Part shown: positions 10,870-21,885 of the stretch, piece by piece
Numbering within the stretch: position 1 is the first letter of the stretch
How the letters are laid out: the number at the start of each line of letters is the position of its first letter
NCBI GenBank assembly: GCA_000004985.1
Contig: GG738918.1
Strand: one strand, 5' to 3'
DNA length: 64,000 bases
DNA from: Naegleria gruberi
Lineage: Eukaryota
Translations under genes and position numbers: made by a program
Notes under the pieces: model-generated
Told to the model about the DNA's origin: nothing
Seen by the model: the letters and a program-made list of their open reading frames with translations, nothing else
The model's database searches: none

Positions 10870-11036
10870 ATCTTTCAACTCTATGTGTAAATAAAAAACC
10901 TTTTATCAAATTTTTCAATCTTATACTTTCCTTTTTAATTCTACCAATCTTAATATTAGATTCTAGTGGACTCTCACAACTCTTGCAACTGTTGAACTGG
11001 TGAACTTTTTGAATAATAATTATACAATAGAAAAAA

Positions 11037-12248
11037 ATGAGAAAACGATCGAGTAGTGGGGGCGGAAGTTCTTCTCCTCAAAGTTTTACTTTCTGTGGTG
11101 GTGGTGATATTGAGAGCAGTTGTAAAACACCATCAATTTTAAAACCACTTGAAATTAAAACAAAGATAAAATCATCATTATCATATAATTATTCACCATC
11201 ACCTACTAGTGATGAATTAAGTAAAGATATGATAAATATTAAACAATTTTCACCCGATGATATTATAATAATAGATAAAATTGCATCAGGTGGATTTGCA
11301 GAAGTTTTTAAAATTCAAATTCATTCAACTATTTATGCAGGAAAGAGAATGTTAAAAAGTAGATCACAAATACAAAGAAATGTTGATAAATTTGCTAATG
11401 AATTAGTCAAGATGAATAGGATTTTTCAATTAGGATGTTCAAGAGTATTAAAACTTGTTGGTTATTGTTTTGATAAGGAAAATCAAAATTATTGGATTGT
11501 AACTGAATTTATCAATGTTGGAGATTTATATTCAATTATTCATTGTAAAGAACAAACTTTAAAGAGTCATCATTATGGATTAGAACGTATTAGAAATGAA
11601 TATTCAAAATTAATTGAATTAATTCATAATGATATGAATGTTAAAATTAAATTAGCTCTAGATATTGCTAAATGTATTGATGAACTACATTCATTAACAC
11701 GTTATGCTCATCTAGATGTGAAATCATTGAATATTCTTGTAGATGAAAATTTACAAATAAGAGTTGGAGATTGGTGTGATGCTAAACTAGTAGATGAATC
11801 AAGAGAACATTATCTCACTCCATTTCAACCACATGGTACAATATATTGGATGGCTCCTGAAATTGTTAAACAAAATGTATTTTGTCAAAAATCAGATATT
11901 TATGCTTTATCAATAGTTTTTACTGAATTATTAATTTTAGGTAAACCTTATCCTGGATTAAATGTTTTAGATGTTAAGGAAAAATTAGAGAGACCTATCA
12001 TTTCTAATCCAGCCAATAATAATAATACTGATAATACTAATTCTGATAATCAAATCAATAATACTGATAATATACCATATCGTATGAATATTATTGAAAT
12101 ATTGGAACAAAAGGGTTGTGATATAACTAATCAATGTAGAAATTTCATATCACTCATTGAAGATATGTGGAAAGAGGATGTTTCAGAAAGACTCTCTTCT
12201 AAACAAGTTGTAGAAAGATTATCTAATTTATTAGAAAGTGATGAATGA
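11037..12248 (+). CDS. Protein kinase (TKL-like Ser/Thr/Tyr kinase fold) with non-canonical motifs
   Basis: 403-codon ORF with 'gaaaaaaATG'. Kinase subdomains: 'ASGGFAEVF' (degenerate Gly loop), 'YAGK' (VAIK Lys), 'HLDVKSLNILV' (HRD replaced by HLD), 'VGDWCDA' (DFG replaced by DWC), 'YWMAPE'. Confidence 0.8.
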   Translation: MRKRSSSGGGSSSPQSFTFCGGGDIESSCKTPSILKPLEIKTKIKSSLSYNYSPSPTSDELSKDMINIKQFSPDDIIIIDKIASGGFAEVFKIQIHSTIYAGKRMLKSRSQIQRNVDKFANELVKMNRIFQLGCSRVLKLVGYCFDKENQNYWIVTEFINVGDLYSIIHCKEQTLKSHHYGLERIRNEYSKLIELIHNDMNVKIKLALDIAKCIDELHSLTRYAHLDVKSLNILVDENLQIRVGDWCDAKLVDESREHYLTPFQPHGTIYWMAPEIVKQNVFCQKSDIYALSIVFTELLILGKPYPGLNVLDVKEKLERPIISNPANNNNTDNTNSDNQINNTDNIPYRMNIIEILEQKGCDITNQCRNFISLIEDMWKEDVSERLSSKQVVERLSNLLESDE

Positions 12249-12256
12249 ATCAAATT

Positions 12257-13075
12257 TTACAAATCCTTAACAATTGAATAGTGATATTTAAATTTCATTT
12301 GATCTTTTCTAATTGAATTAACAGCACTGTTATATGAATCAATTTCAAATGGTTCTTCAACTCCAAATTTCACTAATTCTTCAAATATTTTATCAACTAT
12401 TGCCCATTCTATCAAACATTTAATACTATATTTCTCAATATGATCTTTTTGATTTCTATTAAAACAAACCAAGTTATAGGAAAATAGTGCATGTACAATA
12501 CGAATCTGTTGTTCCTCTGATATTATATTGGATTGTTTGTATTTGAAAAGGAGATCTGAACTTAATTTGAGTGTAGTTGGATCTCCTGTAATCATACTCT
12601 ATTGTTAGTCAGTTAAATATCCCAAATATGTAAATATACTACTTACAGAAATTAACAAGTCAAAATCTTTACATGTGAAAAAGTCATTTCTAATTTCACA
12701 TTTATCACAATAACCATTCAAGAGTGAAAGACATTTTGAGAAGAGTGTTGCCTTGTTTGTCTTCCAAATAATTTCCTTAATACGACCATGTAAAAAACCA
12801 ATTGTATCATTAATACTATTGTAAACTCCATCAATATAATACTCTATAAAGTGATCAAATAAAATATTAATTATTGTTTGAAGATAATGGAAATGAACGT
12901 ATGTTTCAGAATCAGTGGTATCACAAGCTTCATCAAGAGATTGTCCAATCGAGAGTAATGTATTTTCATTAAGGAATGGTTGGATATTGTTATGTTGAGA
13001 ATCATCAAAACAATTAAAAAAATGGGTAAGAAGGATTCGAAAGTGAAAGTAGGTTGATGTAGTAGAAAATGTCAA
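12257..13075 (-). CDS. Hypothetical protein with the 5' end unresolved (two exons recognised)
   Basis: Exons 12647..13075 and 12257..12598 join in frame through a 48-nt GTAAGT...AATAG intron (12599..12646). The upstream exon is 143 codons with no in-frame ATG (the track start is a TTG), so at least one more 5' exon must exist. No family recognised. Confidence 0.5.
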
Positions 13076-13447
13076 ACTAATCTTTAATTATTCGAATTGT
13101 GTACTAGGTAGTTGCCGTAGGAGATGGTGCTGTCGGCAAAACATGTTTATTGATGGTTTATGTAGGTGTTATTGTTTTGCTTTCTTCAATGATTTTATTC
13201 GATTCTTGTGGAAACTTGTCCGAATACGCCATTTCTATGATGTTGTATTTTAATGTTCGGAATATCACACTTCATCTGTATCATCATAATTTTCCTATTT
13301 TACCAATAATATTTCATCAAAATTTTGTTTCGAATAACATAGGTAAATAATGAATTTCCAGAAGAATACATTCCAACAGTTTTTGAAAATTACGATACAA
13401 ATGTCAAACACAAGGGAAATAACATAACATTATCTGTTTGGGATACT
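13022..13447 (+). pseudogene. Rho/Rac-family small GTPase, 5' half only (start codon through the beta3 strand); likely a truncated gene or pseudogene
   Basis: 'ttaaaaaaATGg|gtaag' is at 13022. Exon 2 (13112..13161) encodes '[17 protein letters not shown]'. Exon 3 (13343..13447) encodes 'VNNEFPEEYIPTVFENYDTNVKHKGNNITLSVWDT|gtacgt'. This matches Rac '[33 protein letters not shown]...LWDT'. The expected next exon (AGQEDY..., G4, G5, CAAX) is absent before the oppositely oriented genes that start at 13526. Confidence 0.55.
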
Positions 13448-13525
13448 GTACGTAATATTGTAACAACAACATTATACGAAACATCACATTGATCTATATA
13501 TTCTAAACATTATGAATCGCACATC

Positions 13526-13756
13526 TTAACTACCTATTGTTCGATGGAATGATTGTGAAGAGATTGAGAAAAGACCAGCAAGCTTTGTAAAATTTTCTTC
13601 CTTGTTCTCCTCGACACTATAATTTCCCAACTGGCCAAATAACTTTGCTGAATTGGTGACAAACGCATTCACAATATCTCCATTACTTTCGTGCATTAGA
13701 AAGAAGGAGTCAGCCATGTTGTTGAGCAAGAGTGGATCTGTAATATTTTGAGACAT
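13526..13756 (-). CDS. Small ORF (76 codons) with a good start context, possibly the first exon of a spliced gene; function unknown
   Basis: ATG at 13756 is preceded by 'aaaaaaaaa'. The ORF ends at a plausible donor ('ata g|gtagtt', 13533). I could not find a phase-compatible join to the ORF at 12647..13075. Confidence 0.35.
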   Translation of the reverse strand: MSQNITDPLLLNNMADSFFLMHESNGDIVNAFVTNSAKLFGQLGNYSVEENKEENFTKLAGLFSISSQSFHRTIGS

Positions 13757-13814
13757 TTTTTTTTAATTTGGAAACTTCCAAAATAAGATGATTTAAAATC
13801 TTTGATTTATTGAG

Positions 13815-16246
13815 TTAGTTGTTGCGTTGCTTCTTTTCTAAAACAACCCAATCCCATTCATAATCCAAAGAATATTTTTCTCTAATAAATAAATTTAAGA
13901 AAAGGTTTCTAATATAGGTATAGTCTGGTTCTTGGCAAAATTTCAGAGCTCTAGTATAATTTAAATAAGTGGCAAATTCAACAGGGAAACCTCTACAAAG
14001 ATTTACAATCTTGATATTCTTTTTCTTTTGATAAATATTGTTATAGTGGTCTTCCTTTGTGTTACCTGTCAAACCTTGCCAAGGAAGAGTTCCTTTCAAG
14101 AAATACAATAAAACATAACCAAGAGACTCAAGATCATCTCTTCTCGATTGTTCGTATCCTTTGTGATTATTTAAACTTGCATAACGAGCAGTACCTGTCA
14201 AATGTTTGTCTTTTCTTAAAGTAATATGACCCTTGTCTGTCATGTACATTTTTGATAACCCAAAATCAATGAGATATACTATATTTTCACTACCTGGGGA
14301 AGGCAAAGAAGCATTGGTTTGATAAGGAGCATTAAGAAGGTTTAACAACCCTGTAGGGCTATTACCAGGAACCTTTCTTCCCATCAAAAAGTTATCTGGT
14401 TTAATGTCACGGTGCACGAAATTTCTTTTGTGTGTATATTCAATTCTCTGGATCATTTGATCAGCTAACATAAGAACTGTCTTTAAGCTGAATTTACGAC
14501 TACATTTTTTGAATAAGCTTTCCAAGCTTTGACCAAGTAGTTCAAGAACCATAATATTGTATACTCCCTCAGTTCCGAACCAAAACACACGAGGTATACC
14601 ATGACAAATACTCATTATCTGATTATTGGATGAATTGGTTGTGCTATTACTACTAGTAGTACTATTTGGTTGTGCATTCATAAGGTATGAAATTACTTTT
14701 GCTTCATAAATTAATTGTTGTTTTCCACTATTAGCTTGGCCATTTTGTGGAGTTGGTAGTGTTTCTAATTTGACTGCATAATATTCTTCTCGTTGTTCTA
14801 TATTTTGGCACAAGAATACTTCACCAAATGCACCATTACCAAGCTTGCTCATCAATCTATACTTACTACCAACAATCAAACCTACTGGATAATTACTGTT
14901 AGATGAAGAAGGTTGTTGTGTCGTTTGAGTTACTGGTTGTTGTGGTGGATTGTTAGTAGGTTGAACTTGTGTTACTGGTTGTTGTGGAGGAGGCATTTGG
15001 GTTTGATTATTTGGCATTGAAGAAGGATAAGCAGTATTCTGATAAGCATGTGCTTGATTTCCATTATATGCAGGTGAATAACTTCTAGTGTTAATGTTAT
15101 TTTGATATGATCTTTGTACTATTTGTTCATCTGCAACAACTATTGGACAATTAATTGTAGATCCTGGTTGTTGTGGAGGCAATAAAGAATTGCTATTTAC
15201 TCGAGATAGAGAAGTTCCTTTTCCACTGCTAGAAACATAATTTGGAATATTTGAGTAATAGTAATTATTTTGATTAACATTATTTGGATAATTATACATC
15301 AAATTTTGTTGGTGTTGAGAACTTCCTGTTGATGTTGGAATTTGATTACTTAAACTACTCGATGGTCTTTGATATTGATTTGATGAATTTACGGCTAATT
15401 GATTATTTGTTCCTGTATATAAAAGATCATAATAACTATTGGTATTATAACCTCTTTGAGTTTGTTTTGATGTTGGAGTGATGGCTTGTTGACTATCTGT
15501 TTGTCTAAATGTTGTTAATAAAGAATCAACATATGCTGAACCTGAGCCTTCTGGTGGTTGGTGTTGAGGTTGTTGAGTAATGTATGGAGTTGAATCTACA
15601 TGTTGTTGTTGTGGATTGGTTGGACTACGGCTCGTATTTGCATGATAATTTGTTGTATTATAATATGAAGGTGAAGTATAAGAAGGATTTCCTGGAGTAC
15701 CTGTAGTTGTAGTTCCAACCATTCTACGTTGATTATTAATTGAAGAAGAAGTTGGTGTAGTTGGCGTGTTGTAATTTACAGAGGGAAGATAGTTACTACC
15801 TTGTTGAAACATGATTGATGATAAACTATTATTATTGTGCATTACTGGCGAATAAGAAGACATTGAAGGCATGTTAAGAGAATTTGATGGGTTAATTGTA
15901 GAGTATGGAAGAGTATAATGTTGTTGTTTGTTTGATGTCGTCTGGTTATTATAATACTAAATAATATTCATATTATGAACAATTAATTTCTTTTTCAATA
16001 ACTAATAATACATACATTTGTGTTTGGATTTGAATAGGGATAATAGAGCAAATTAGAACGGTCTGTTGGTTGAGGTGTTATTTCTCTCAAATTATTACCA
16101 GCCTCTTCTATTTTGTTTAATACCTTTCCATCATTATGCATGAGGCCTGTAGGTGTTGAATCAATTCCTACTACTCTGGAAGGTGCTGTTTTGTTGGTGA
16201 GAGGTGTTTTATCATCCTTCGCAGGCGTTGAATAAAGATAACTCAT
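13815..16246 (-). CDS. Casein kinase 1 family protein kinase with a roughly 400-aa Q/N/P/S/T-rich N-terminal extension
   Basis: Two exons 16016..16246 and 13815..15956 join in frame through a 59-nt GTATGT...TTTAG intron (15957..16015). CK1 hallmarks: 'LGNGAFGEVF', 'YAVKLE', 'HRDIKPDNFLMG', 'LIDFGLSK', 'LTGTARYASLNNHKGYEQSRRDDLESLGYVLLYFLKGTLPWQGL'. Confidence 0.9.
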
Positions 16247-17054
16247 GATGATTAGTTGAGGTTGTTGTTATTTTGGTGGGGGTGAAGAAGGCTGAGTTGT
16301 CTTTAAATTTTGTATTTGTTTTCCAACAGTAGGAGAGAATAAGGAAGTAGTCTGGTCAGTGGTAATATTTCAAAGGTGCGTCTTGTTCTAATAATATTCC
16401 TTTTTGCCCTCTCTAATAATTATTATTAACTAGTGGTAGTAGTTGGAGAGGATTGAAGGTGGAGGATTGAAGAGAGGAAGCACAAACGATTCTTAAATGT
16501 GTGTGCTACTTCTTTGTTTTTTGTTGATGAAAAGCCAATCTTGGATGGTGATGAAGGTTGACGACTGCGCAGGCTGACTCTACACGGAAGACGCAAAAGA
16601 TTCGATGAGAGAATTTTGTGTTGTTCTAGTGGTGTGATGAGGTTATTATTATTATTCCTTTTCTCTGCAACGTGTTATGTGGTGAAAGGAGAGAGATGTT
16701 TTTTCTTTTGAGCAACCACACAATACAAAGAAGGAAGAACAAATTGCTTTTGATCTTTGAATGAAAAAATTAAATTGATATAATTTGGGTTGACTTTTTT
16801 TGTTGATCAGGATGAAATGGTGAACAATAACTCCTTTCGAGTTACGCAATGCAGTGACAAGTTGTTGGGCAGCCAATATTACGTGTTGATTCTTTGTCCA
16901 GGTTGAACTTGCACTTTCTGTGAAGGAGATGAATGAAGTCCCTGTTTTCTGAGAAAGAATCATTATTTAACTTGTTAAACTCCTAAAATGAGAATTCTTA
17001 GAATTGACTAGCTTCTAATCACCTTCGTTTTTGTACAGGTTTGAGGTAAAAGAT

Positions 17055-19949
17055 TTATTGCTTCTTTGCTCTTTGTTCGAATACTTTGCTGAGTTCATTT
17101 GTGCTTGAGACAGCTTTGACTGGTTTAAAGAGACCTGACTTCTTTTTCTTTTGTTGTTGAATAATTTGTTCTGATGAGGATAAAGCTTGTTTAAGCTTTT
17201 CAATTTCATCAACTAAAACTTGTTTCTTTTGCTTTTGTTTTTCCTTTTCTTCTTGGGTTGCACTCTTTTGAGCTCTCAAAGTATCCAATTCATTTTGAAG
17301 CTCAATAATTCTGTTATTTTGGAGTTCAATTTTCTTATTGGCTGATTGAAGTTTGGATCTTTCACTTTGAATTTGTTGTCTTGAGTGATTTGCTTCTGTT
17401 TGAAGTTTCTCCTTCTCATCTTGAATCTTTTCCAATCTGTTTCTCAATTCGAACAAATCATTTGCCCAGTTTCTTCCCAACTTTTGCTGCTGTTGGTTGG
17501 TTGGAGTGCTTGGTTTGGCGGAGCCTTTCTCCATCTCCATTTGCAATTCCGCTAATTCTTGCTTAAGATTTTCTTTTTGGAGTGTTAATTGCTTCAAGTC
17601 CTTCTCCTTTGATTTGATTTGCTCCTCGTATTCTTCTTTGATTTTTTCATAGGATTCGGTCTTGTCCTCCATTAATTCCTCTAATGCTTTCACATCTTTC
17701 TTTAATTGTTTGATTTCATCTTTGATTTTATCGGTATCTTCCTCAACATCTTGAAGTTCTCCTTCAAGCTCTTCAGTTTTATCCTTCTCAGCATCGAGAT
17801 CATCTTCGGCTCTATCAAGTTTCTTATTAAGATCTTTCTCAATAGTTGCAGAATTTTTCTTTTCTTCTTTAAGCTCTGCCTTTAATTTTTCTATTAACTT
17901 ATCCTTCTTACTTTCAACTGATGCAGCCGAGTCTTTCACCTTTTTCACTTTTGTAGTGTATTCGTCAATTATGAAATCTTCCAAATCTTCATCAATTTCT
18001 GTACTTCCCTTTTTGGTCAACTCTGCCTTCTTAACTTGAGTTTTCAACATGACAATTTCTTCCTCTAGACTAAGATTTTCTTTTTCCAACTTCTTTAATT
18101 TATCTTTCAATTCATCAACTGAGTCTTCAGCAGCATCTAATTGCCCAAGATACTCATTAAGTTCAGTTTCTATATCTACACATTCGTCTTCAAGATTGAA
18201 TACTTCTTTTTCAAGCTTCTTTACCTTCTGAGAAAGTTTCTTGTTTTCTTTTTCTAATCTTGAAATTTCTCTCTTATTAAATTCCTCTACACTTCCTAAT
18301 TCAGCTTCAACGCTTGCGGTTTTTCTTTTCTCATCTTCGTGTTTGCATTCTAAATCAAAAATTCTTTCATTGAGTTGAGTGTTCAACTTTCTGTACATCT
18401 TATTACTCTCTGTCAAACTTTCAATGGATGAAATGGTTTTGGCTCTAGCCTCACTGTCAGAGATATTTTGAGCCATTTCAATCAGCTGGATTGCATTATG
18501 TTTGGCATCTTCCTTTGCATTTTCTAATTCCTTCATCAAATCTAATCTCTTCTTTTCTTCATCAAGGATTTGATCTTTGAGTGCTTTGACTTCCAAAGAG
18601 AGTTCATCAACTTTAAACTTGCATTCATTTCTAATATCTTCTTTTTGTTTTTCTGACGATTCAATTTTTTCATTTACAATGTCAAGCTCATCTTCAAGTT
18701 TTTCATTTGTTTCTTTCAGCTTTTTGATAGAACTCTTAAGGGTAGTATTTTCATTTGTAAGTTCCTTGATGGTTTGTTTGTAAGAAGATGTTTCTTCCTT
18801 ATATTTACATTCCAATTCATCCAACTTGTGAGCCAATTCGGCTTTTGAAAGAGAGTTATCGCCATCTTTGCTTGATTTGAGTATTGCTATTTGTTCCTCA
18901 AGTTTTTTAATGATTTGCATTAATTCTGTTGGGCTTTTGTAAGTGTTTTGTTTTGCTACACACTTGATGTTCTTCATTTTCAATCCGAACTTCAGACTTG
19001 AAACAGATTCTTCTCCACACAAAGGAGTTGGTGAAAGATTACAAATAAGGGTAGCCTTAGAGTTTCCCCCAAGAGTTTCTTTCAAAATTTTTGTTAGCTT
19101 CGAATCTTCAAATGGTATATCAGACTTCTTATCGAGGATGGAATCAACACAAACTCCTAGATTTGATAAAGACAATACAAGATTCTTTTGTTCGTCCTCC
19201 ACTGTTCTCTTTTCACTTCCTGCCATATCAACGAATAACAATTGACCTACAGTCGAAGAACTATCCTTGCTAAGACTTTCAACTCTAATGATGAAGATAG
19301 AATGTGATTGAGCAGGATCTTGATTTGTTCTTGTTGACAGTGAGAGCCTATTATTGTTTCCTATTTTGATTATATCAAGCATTTCATCTTCGGTTGTGAC
19401 ATATTCTTCTGTTAATCTATCAACGTAAACTCCTCTCTTTGGGGAATCAATTATAGTTAAATCTCTCTTTTCCTTATCAAATAAATCATTGATTTTTTCA
19501 TTATAAATTTCGAGGAAGGAACAACCAATCTTATATTCAATATTCTCATCTCCACTTCTAATAATTTCAAACATTTCCTTTGCAGTTCTTGGAATTAATC
19601 CAAATAATTCTTCCTTGTCAAGTGATCCAGTCATTGTATATGTTTTTCCTGCTCCTGTCTGTCCGTATGCCATCATTGTTACATTAAAGCCTTTAATAAC
19701 ATCTTTTACAAGTGGTTTACACACGTCTTCATATAATTCCTCCTGTTTTGTATCGTTCTTAAACACTTTATCAACAATGAAGGAATTATTTCCAATGGCT
19801 TGATTATCAGTTGATACCTTAAAAGTATGGTCTCCTTCAAAATCGTATGTTAATTTGTATGAAGTTTTCTCTTGTTTTTCCTTAGTTGTTATTGGTCTAA
19901 AACGAGCAACAACTCTAACGTTTTGCACTTGCCTCAAATTCGCAGACAT
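17055..19949 (-). CDS. Kinesin-like protein with an N-terminal motor domain and a roughly 600-aa coiled-coil stalk
   Basis: The track start at 19988 is a TTG; the first ATG, at 19949, gives 'MSANLRQVQNVRVVARFRP'. P-loop 'GQTGAGKTYTM', switch II 'VDMAGSEK', 'IPFEDSKLTKILKETLGGNSKATLICNLSP'. Switch I is atypical ('DPAQSHSIF' instead of SSRSH). The remainder is E/K-rich heptad repeats. Confidence 0.9.
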   Translation of the reverse strand: MSANLRQVQNVRVVARFRPITTKEKQEKTSYKLTYDFEGDHTFKVSTDNQAIGNNSFIVDKVFKNDTKQEELYEDVCKPLVKDVIKGFNVTMMAYGQTGAGKTYTMTGSLDKEELFGLIPRTAKEMFEIIRSGDENIEYKIGCSFLEIYNEKINDLFDKEKRDLTIIDSPKRGVYVDRLTEEYVTTEDEMLDIIKIGNNNRLSLSTRTNQDPAQSHSIFIIRVESLSKDSSSTVGQLLFVDMAGSEKRTVEDEQKNLVLSLSNLGVCVDSILDKKSDIPFEDSKLTKILKETLGGNSKATLICNLSPTPLCGEESVSSLKFGLKMKNIKCVAKQNTYKSPTELMQIIKKLEEQIAILKSSKDGDNSLSKAELAHKLDELECKYKEETSSYKQTIKELTNENTTLKSSIKKLKETNEKLEDELDIVNEKIESSEKQKEDIRNECKFKVDELSLEVKALKDQILDEEKKRLDLMKELENAKEDAKHNAIQLIEMAQNISDSEARAKTISSIESLTESNKMYRKLNTQLNERIFDLECKHEDEKRKTASVEAELGSVEEFNKREISRLEKENKKLSQKVKKLEKEVFNLEDECVDIETELNEYLGQLDAAEDSVDELKDKLKKLEKENLSLEEEIVMLKTQVKKAELTKKGSTEIDEDLEDFIIDEYTTKVKKVKDSAASVESKKDKLIEKLKAELKEEKKNSATIEKDLNKKLDRAEDDLDAEKDKTEELEGELQDVEEDTDKIKDEIKQLKKDVKALEELMEDKTESYEKIKEEYEEQIKSKEKDLKQLTLQKENLKQELAELQMEMEKGSAKPSTPTNQQQQKLGRNWANDLFELRNRLEKIQDEKEKLQTEANHSRQQIQSERSKLQSANKKIELQNNRIIELQNELDTLRAQKSATQEEKEKQKQKKQVLVDEIEKLKQALSSSEQIIQQQKKKKSGLFKPVKAVSSTNELSKVFEQRAKKQ

Positions 19950-20299
19950 CCTTCCGATTAGCCTTTGATACAGTACTAAAATCCTCAATGCAACAAAATC
20001 CTCAGTAAATTTTTCGAATGATTTTTTTTAAAGGTGCTGCCCTCAATTGCCGCTGCTTTTGGATACCAACTTCCGATTCTGAAAAGTTGTATTCAAAGGT
20101 CCAAACTCTAGCATTAGTTTCTCAATCAGAATCATCAAGAATTGAAAAAGTTTGGATAATTCAATACGTTGAGAGGAGTGCTCTGAACATTAGTCACCTT
20201 AGTACGGAACTTGGAAATCAGTCTGTGATATTAAAGAAAACATGAAGAATGAACTTGGAAACAACTTGAAAAAATTAGCTACATCTACATCAATTATCT

Positions 20300-21730
20300 A
20301 TGAACCAACCTCTCCCATCATCTTTACTGGAGAATTTAAATAATCCTGATAACAAGGATGGTTTAAAAACTGTTCCCGATCATGAGAAGAGAGATTATTC
20401 ATCGGTTAAAATTCAAGACATGTTCTATAATAATTGTGTTCCTCTATTTAGGAGTCCTTATTTACATGAATTATATAGTGGACAGGCAGATGATGAATTT
20501 ATTGATTTGGATCAACAACAGGAAGCTGAGATTTCTCAACAACATCAACAAAATTATTTTCATCAATTAAATTCATTCAGAGATTATGAAATTGAATATG
20601 ATGTGATTGAACAGGCAAAGATTGCTGTTTGCATTCCTAACAGAGAGTGGAATGGTGGATTATTAATTCATTGTCATGGACATAGAGCTAAGGGAATTCC
20701 TCTTCAGGCAGATTTGAATCATGATAACATGCCAAACACTTTCAGAGAATTGATTAGCCAAGGCTGGATTGTTTCAATGACTTCATATAGAAGAGAAGGA
20801 ATAATATTGAAAGATGCAATTTTGGATGTTAATAATTTGAGAAATTATGTGGAGGAAAAACATGGACAAATTAAATGTTGTATTCTGGAAGGAAGATCAA
20901 TGGGAGGAGCAATCGTGACATTTATTAGTGAACTCCATCCACATTTATATGATGGAGCTGTTTGTATTGGTGCTGCACTGAGAGTAGACCAGAAAGAAGA
21001 ACCTCTTCCTCATCTTGTTTTACAAAACACTCCTAAATTTCCAATTATTGTAAGTGAAGTTGCAACTTTAAGGTTCTAATGTTTATAGTATTTGACAAAT
21101 ATTAGTGAATTAGGAGAACCTTCGAACTATATTGAAAGGGCAAAGAATAATTCCCTTAAAGAACAAGATATCATAACCCCTAGCTTATGGACAGTCTTTA
21201 GAGAGGGACATAATTTAGTTACAGAGCTCGAGAGAATGTCCGCATTCCAAGCCCTAATTTCTTGGATACGATTCAAAAGTAATATAACAATGAAAGTCAA
21301 TGAGGCTTGTACACTTCCAGTAGCTATTCCAAACTCTGAAGTAGAATTTACTGACTCGGACCCATCTTCAAAAGAAGGAGCTTGGGGTAAAGTCAACCAA
21401 TTATACATCTATGGATCATTTTGTATCAATTTCACAGAAAAAGACTTTGAGAAATTAGGAATTACACAAGGAAAATACTTTACTTTCAACATTTTGACAA
21501 AACAACAGGGTGTCAAGACAGTTAGTGCATCATTTGGATCTTTCCCATTTATTAAGCAAGCAACTGAAGTTGAATGGATTGCATTTGTTAATCCAGTTGA
21601 TAATTACATTGTATTGCATATTAATTCTTACAAATTTACAAACGAATCTAAAAAGATGGGAATTTCCCTTAATGATGCTATTTTTGTTGAAAAGGTCAAA
21701 CCGCTGCCTAAAAGGAAAAATAAGAATTAA
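20300..21730 (+). CDS. Alpha/beta-hydrolase-fold protein (putative serine hydrolase)
   Basis: Exons 20300..21049 and 21089..21730 join in frame through a 39-nt GTAAGT...TATAG intron that contains the stop ending the first ORF. Nucleophile elbow 'LEGRSMGGAIV' (GxSxG). Confidence 0.65.
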
Positions 21731-21885
21731 TTTTTGTACTGTAAATTTATCCAAATTATTACATGTTCTAAAAATCACTATGAGCTTTTGATTTTCTAAT
21801 GGCGGAAATGATCGGGAATGATAGATGCTTAATTGACCACCAAAACCAATCAATATTGTGATTTTTTCTCAATCACAATAAAAAA

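Noticed and set aside
13150-13350. 66-codon plus-strand ORF.
   Set aside because: It lies entirely within the inferred 181-nt second intron of the Rho-GTPase fragment, starts at a non-ATG codon and is hydrophobic low-complexity sequence.
16520-16580. C/D-box snoRNA-like motifs ('ttgatga', 'gtgatga' ... 'ctga') in the CK1 upstream spacer.
   Set aside because: There is no terminal stem flanking the boxes, the spacing is very short, and no rRNA-complementary guide can be evaluated by eye. The motifs are short enough to occur by chance.
16652-16963. 103-codon minus-strand ORF between the CK1 start and the kinesin stop.
   Set aside because: It has no A-run start context, no recognisable domain, and lies in what is most simply the CK1 promoter and kinesin 3' region. 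I cannot exclude it as a small gene but cannot support it from sequence alone.
17381-19803. Several 60-100-codon plus-strand ORFs inside the kinesin gene. Similar ones lie at 51773..52481 inside the coiled-coil gene and 62359..62883 inside the 60853..62924 exon.
   Set aside because: GAA/AAG-rich coiled-coil coding sequence leaves the opposite strand and alternative frames (TTC/CTT-rich) open by composition. These ORFs have no start context or homology.
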